Origin: Auanema rhodensis
Taxonomy: Eukaryota; Animalia; Nematoda
DNA length: 64,000 nt
NCBI GenBank assembly: GCA_964057225.1
Contig: OZ059896.1
Location: forward strand, 16,120,001-16,184,000
Reading direction: 5' to 3'
The position numbers and the translations under genes were made by a program. Positions 62,795 through 64,000 of this stretch are shown one piece after another. Under the pieces are notes generated by a model. It worked only from the letters and a program-made list of their open reading frames with translations, searched no databases and was not told the origin of the DNA. How positions within the stretch are numbered: the stretch's first letter is position 1; every line of letters starts with the position of its first letter.

Positions 62795-63968
62795 TTAAAA
62801 GAATTTTAATTTATCTACAATTTTTGTCTTAATTATATGAAATGTAAATATTTTATAATCATTTATCATATATAATATAGTTATTGGATTTAATATAGGA
62901 TATATAGCGTATGAACTACCCATATAACTTCCTAACCACATTGGAAAATCAAGACGTATAAAAGAAATTGTAAATATAAATACAAATGGATAGTGAAGAA
63001 AAAATAGAGGAATAGCACTCTAATAATAAATAAACTGGAAAGATTCTATTTTTTTCGTACCTGTGCCAGTAGTAAGTGAAAATATTTCCATTGAACTGAT
63101 TGAGAAAACAAACTCATGTTTTTTCTATTTTCACGCAATTTATGCATAATACATATAGATAGTATAACTATTGTAATAGCTTCACAAACTATTAAACCAT
63201 AGAAATATATTGTGAAGATAGTAAACCATATAGATGTTTTCATTAACTATTATATTCGAAAACTTATTTTTAATTTATATAATTTGCATAACTAACCTTA
63301 TAAGAAAAGGCCAAATAATAGATATTATTGATATCTGCATGAAATGTTTTGAAAACGATTTGCTCTAAATCTTTTGCATAATATTTTCTTGGATGAAAAA
63401 CCAGATAAAGCTCTATTAGCCATGGTGAAAGATGTACAAGTAACAGGAAACAACTGATGACTAAAACAGTCATTGGCTTAAGCCATTGTTGTAATTTAGG
63501 TCTAAACTCATAATCAACAGATAATATTATAAAATTCAATTAATTATGATAATTCATATTTACCTGCATATTATAATATAACGATATACATAACATAAAG
63601 CTAAGATAAAGTATACAATGCCAACTATAACTGTCATCAAGTTCAGACAAGCACCACATAATAGATAATGTGGTTGAACTAAGCTACTGCTAGCTACAAA
63701 TGCTATTGTTGAAGCATTAAAGACATAAGTCTGTAAAGATAATTCTTGTATCATCAACATCATACATCGTTGTGTTCTTACCGGCATAGCTGCACTAGCT
63801 AGAGCTGTAAGCATAAGATCAGTGACGACGAAAAGGTAGAGGAATATCTTATAAGAACTCAATGATTGTGCTTTACAATTATAAACAGCATAGGCAAGTA
63901 TGAGATTTAATAAAAATCCAAATGGAAATACAATAGCAATGTTAAAAACTTTAAGAATATATAGATGC
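62795..63968 (-). CDS. Str-superfamily 7TM chemoreceptor; 5' exon lies beyond the window
   Basis: Hydrophobic helices with SYKIFL, YVYRYIIIC, Q..YFHLLLAQSAIP and YPILNPITILYMINDY. Confidence 0.85.
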
Positions 63969-64000
63969 CTAAAACAAATGTTAATTTCGATTCATTTTAT

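Noticed and set aside
1-64000. tRNA/rRNA genes, telomeric TTAGGC arrays, horizontally acquired bacterial genes
   Set aside because: None recognised by eye, and all intact genes are intron-rich. tRNAscan-SE and Infernal would be needed to exclude small RNAs formally.

Overview
AT-rich eukaryotic DNA from a rhabditid (clade V) nematode, judged from the ~45-nt introns, TTTCAG acceptors and a FLP-1 KPNFMRYG peptide. Exons were assembled by hand, and homologies are recognised from memory, not from searches. Gene order: lin-3 (EGF ligand, +); an orphan coiled-coil SQ/TQ-rich gene with ATRIP-like motifs (-); sqv-1 (-); daf-10/IFT122 (-), with flp-1 nested antisense in its first intron and a canonical X-box upstream; a head-to-head pair of paralogous secreted 8-Cys cuticle-type genes sharing an identical 19-bp TATA-containing promoter motif; rbm-39 (-), with a candidate hairpin-associated poison exon; nischarin/nish-1 (+), whose ~10-kb intron holds an antisense TMEM121-family gene; a divergent STAT-like gene (-) with Phe at the apparent phospho-Tyr position; rbd-1/RBM19 (-), head-to-head with an orphan C2H2-ZnF/RS gene (+); two tandem class-3 lipases (-); a transposon cluster (Merlin-like MITE, two Tc1/mariner MITEs, hAT and mariner relics); and a partial str-type chemoreceptor (-). 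The most promising leads are the rbm-39 autoregulatory cassette, the Tyr-less STAT, the ATRIP-like orphan and the shared-promoter gene pair.
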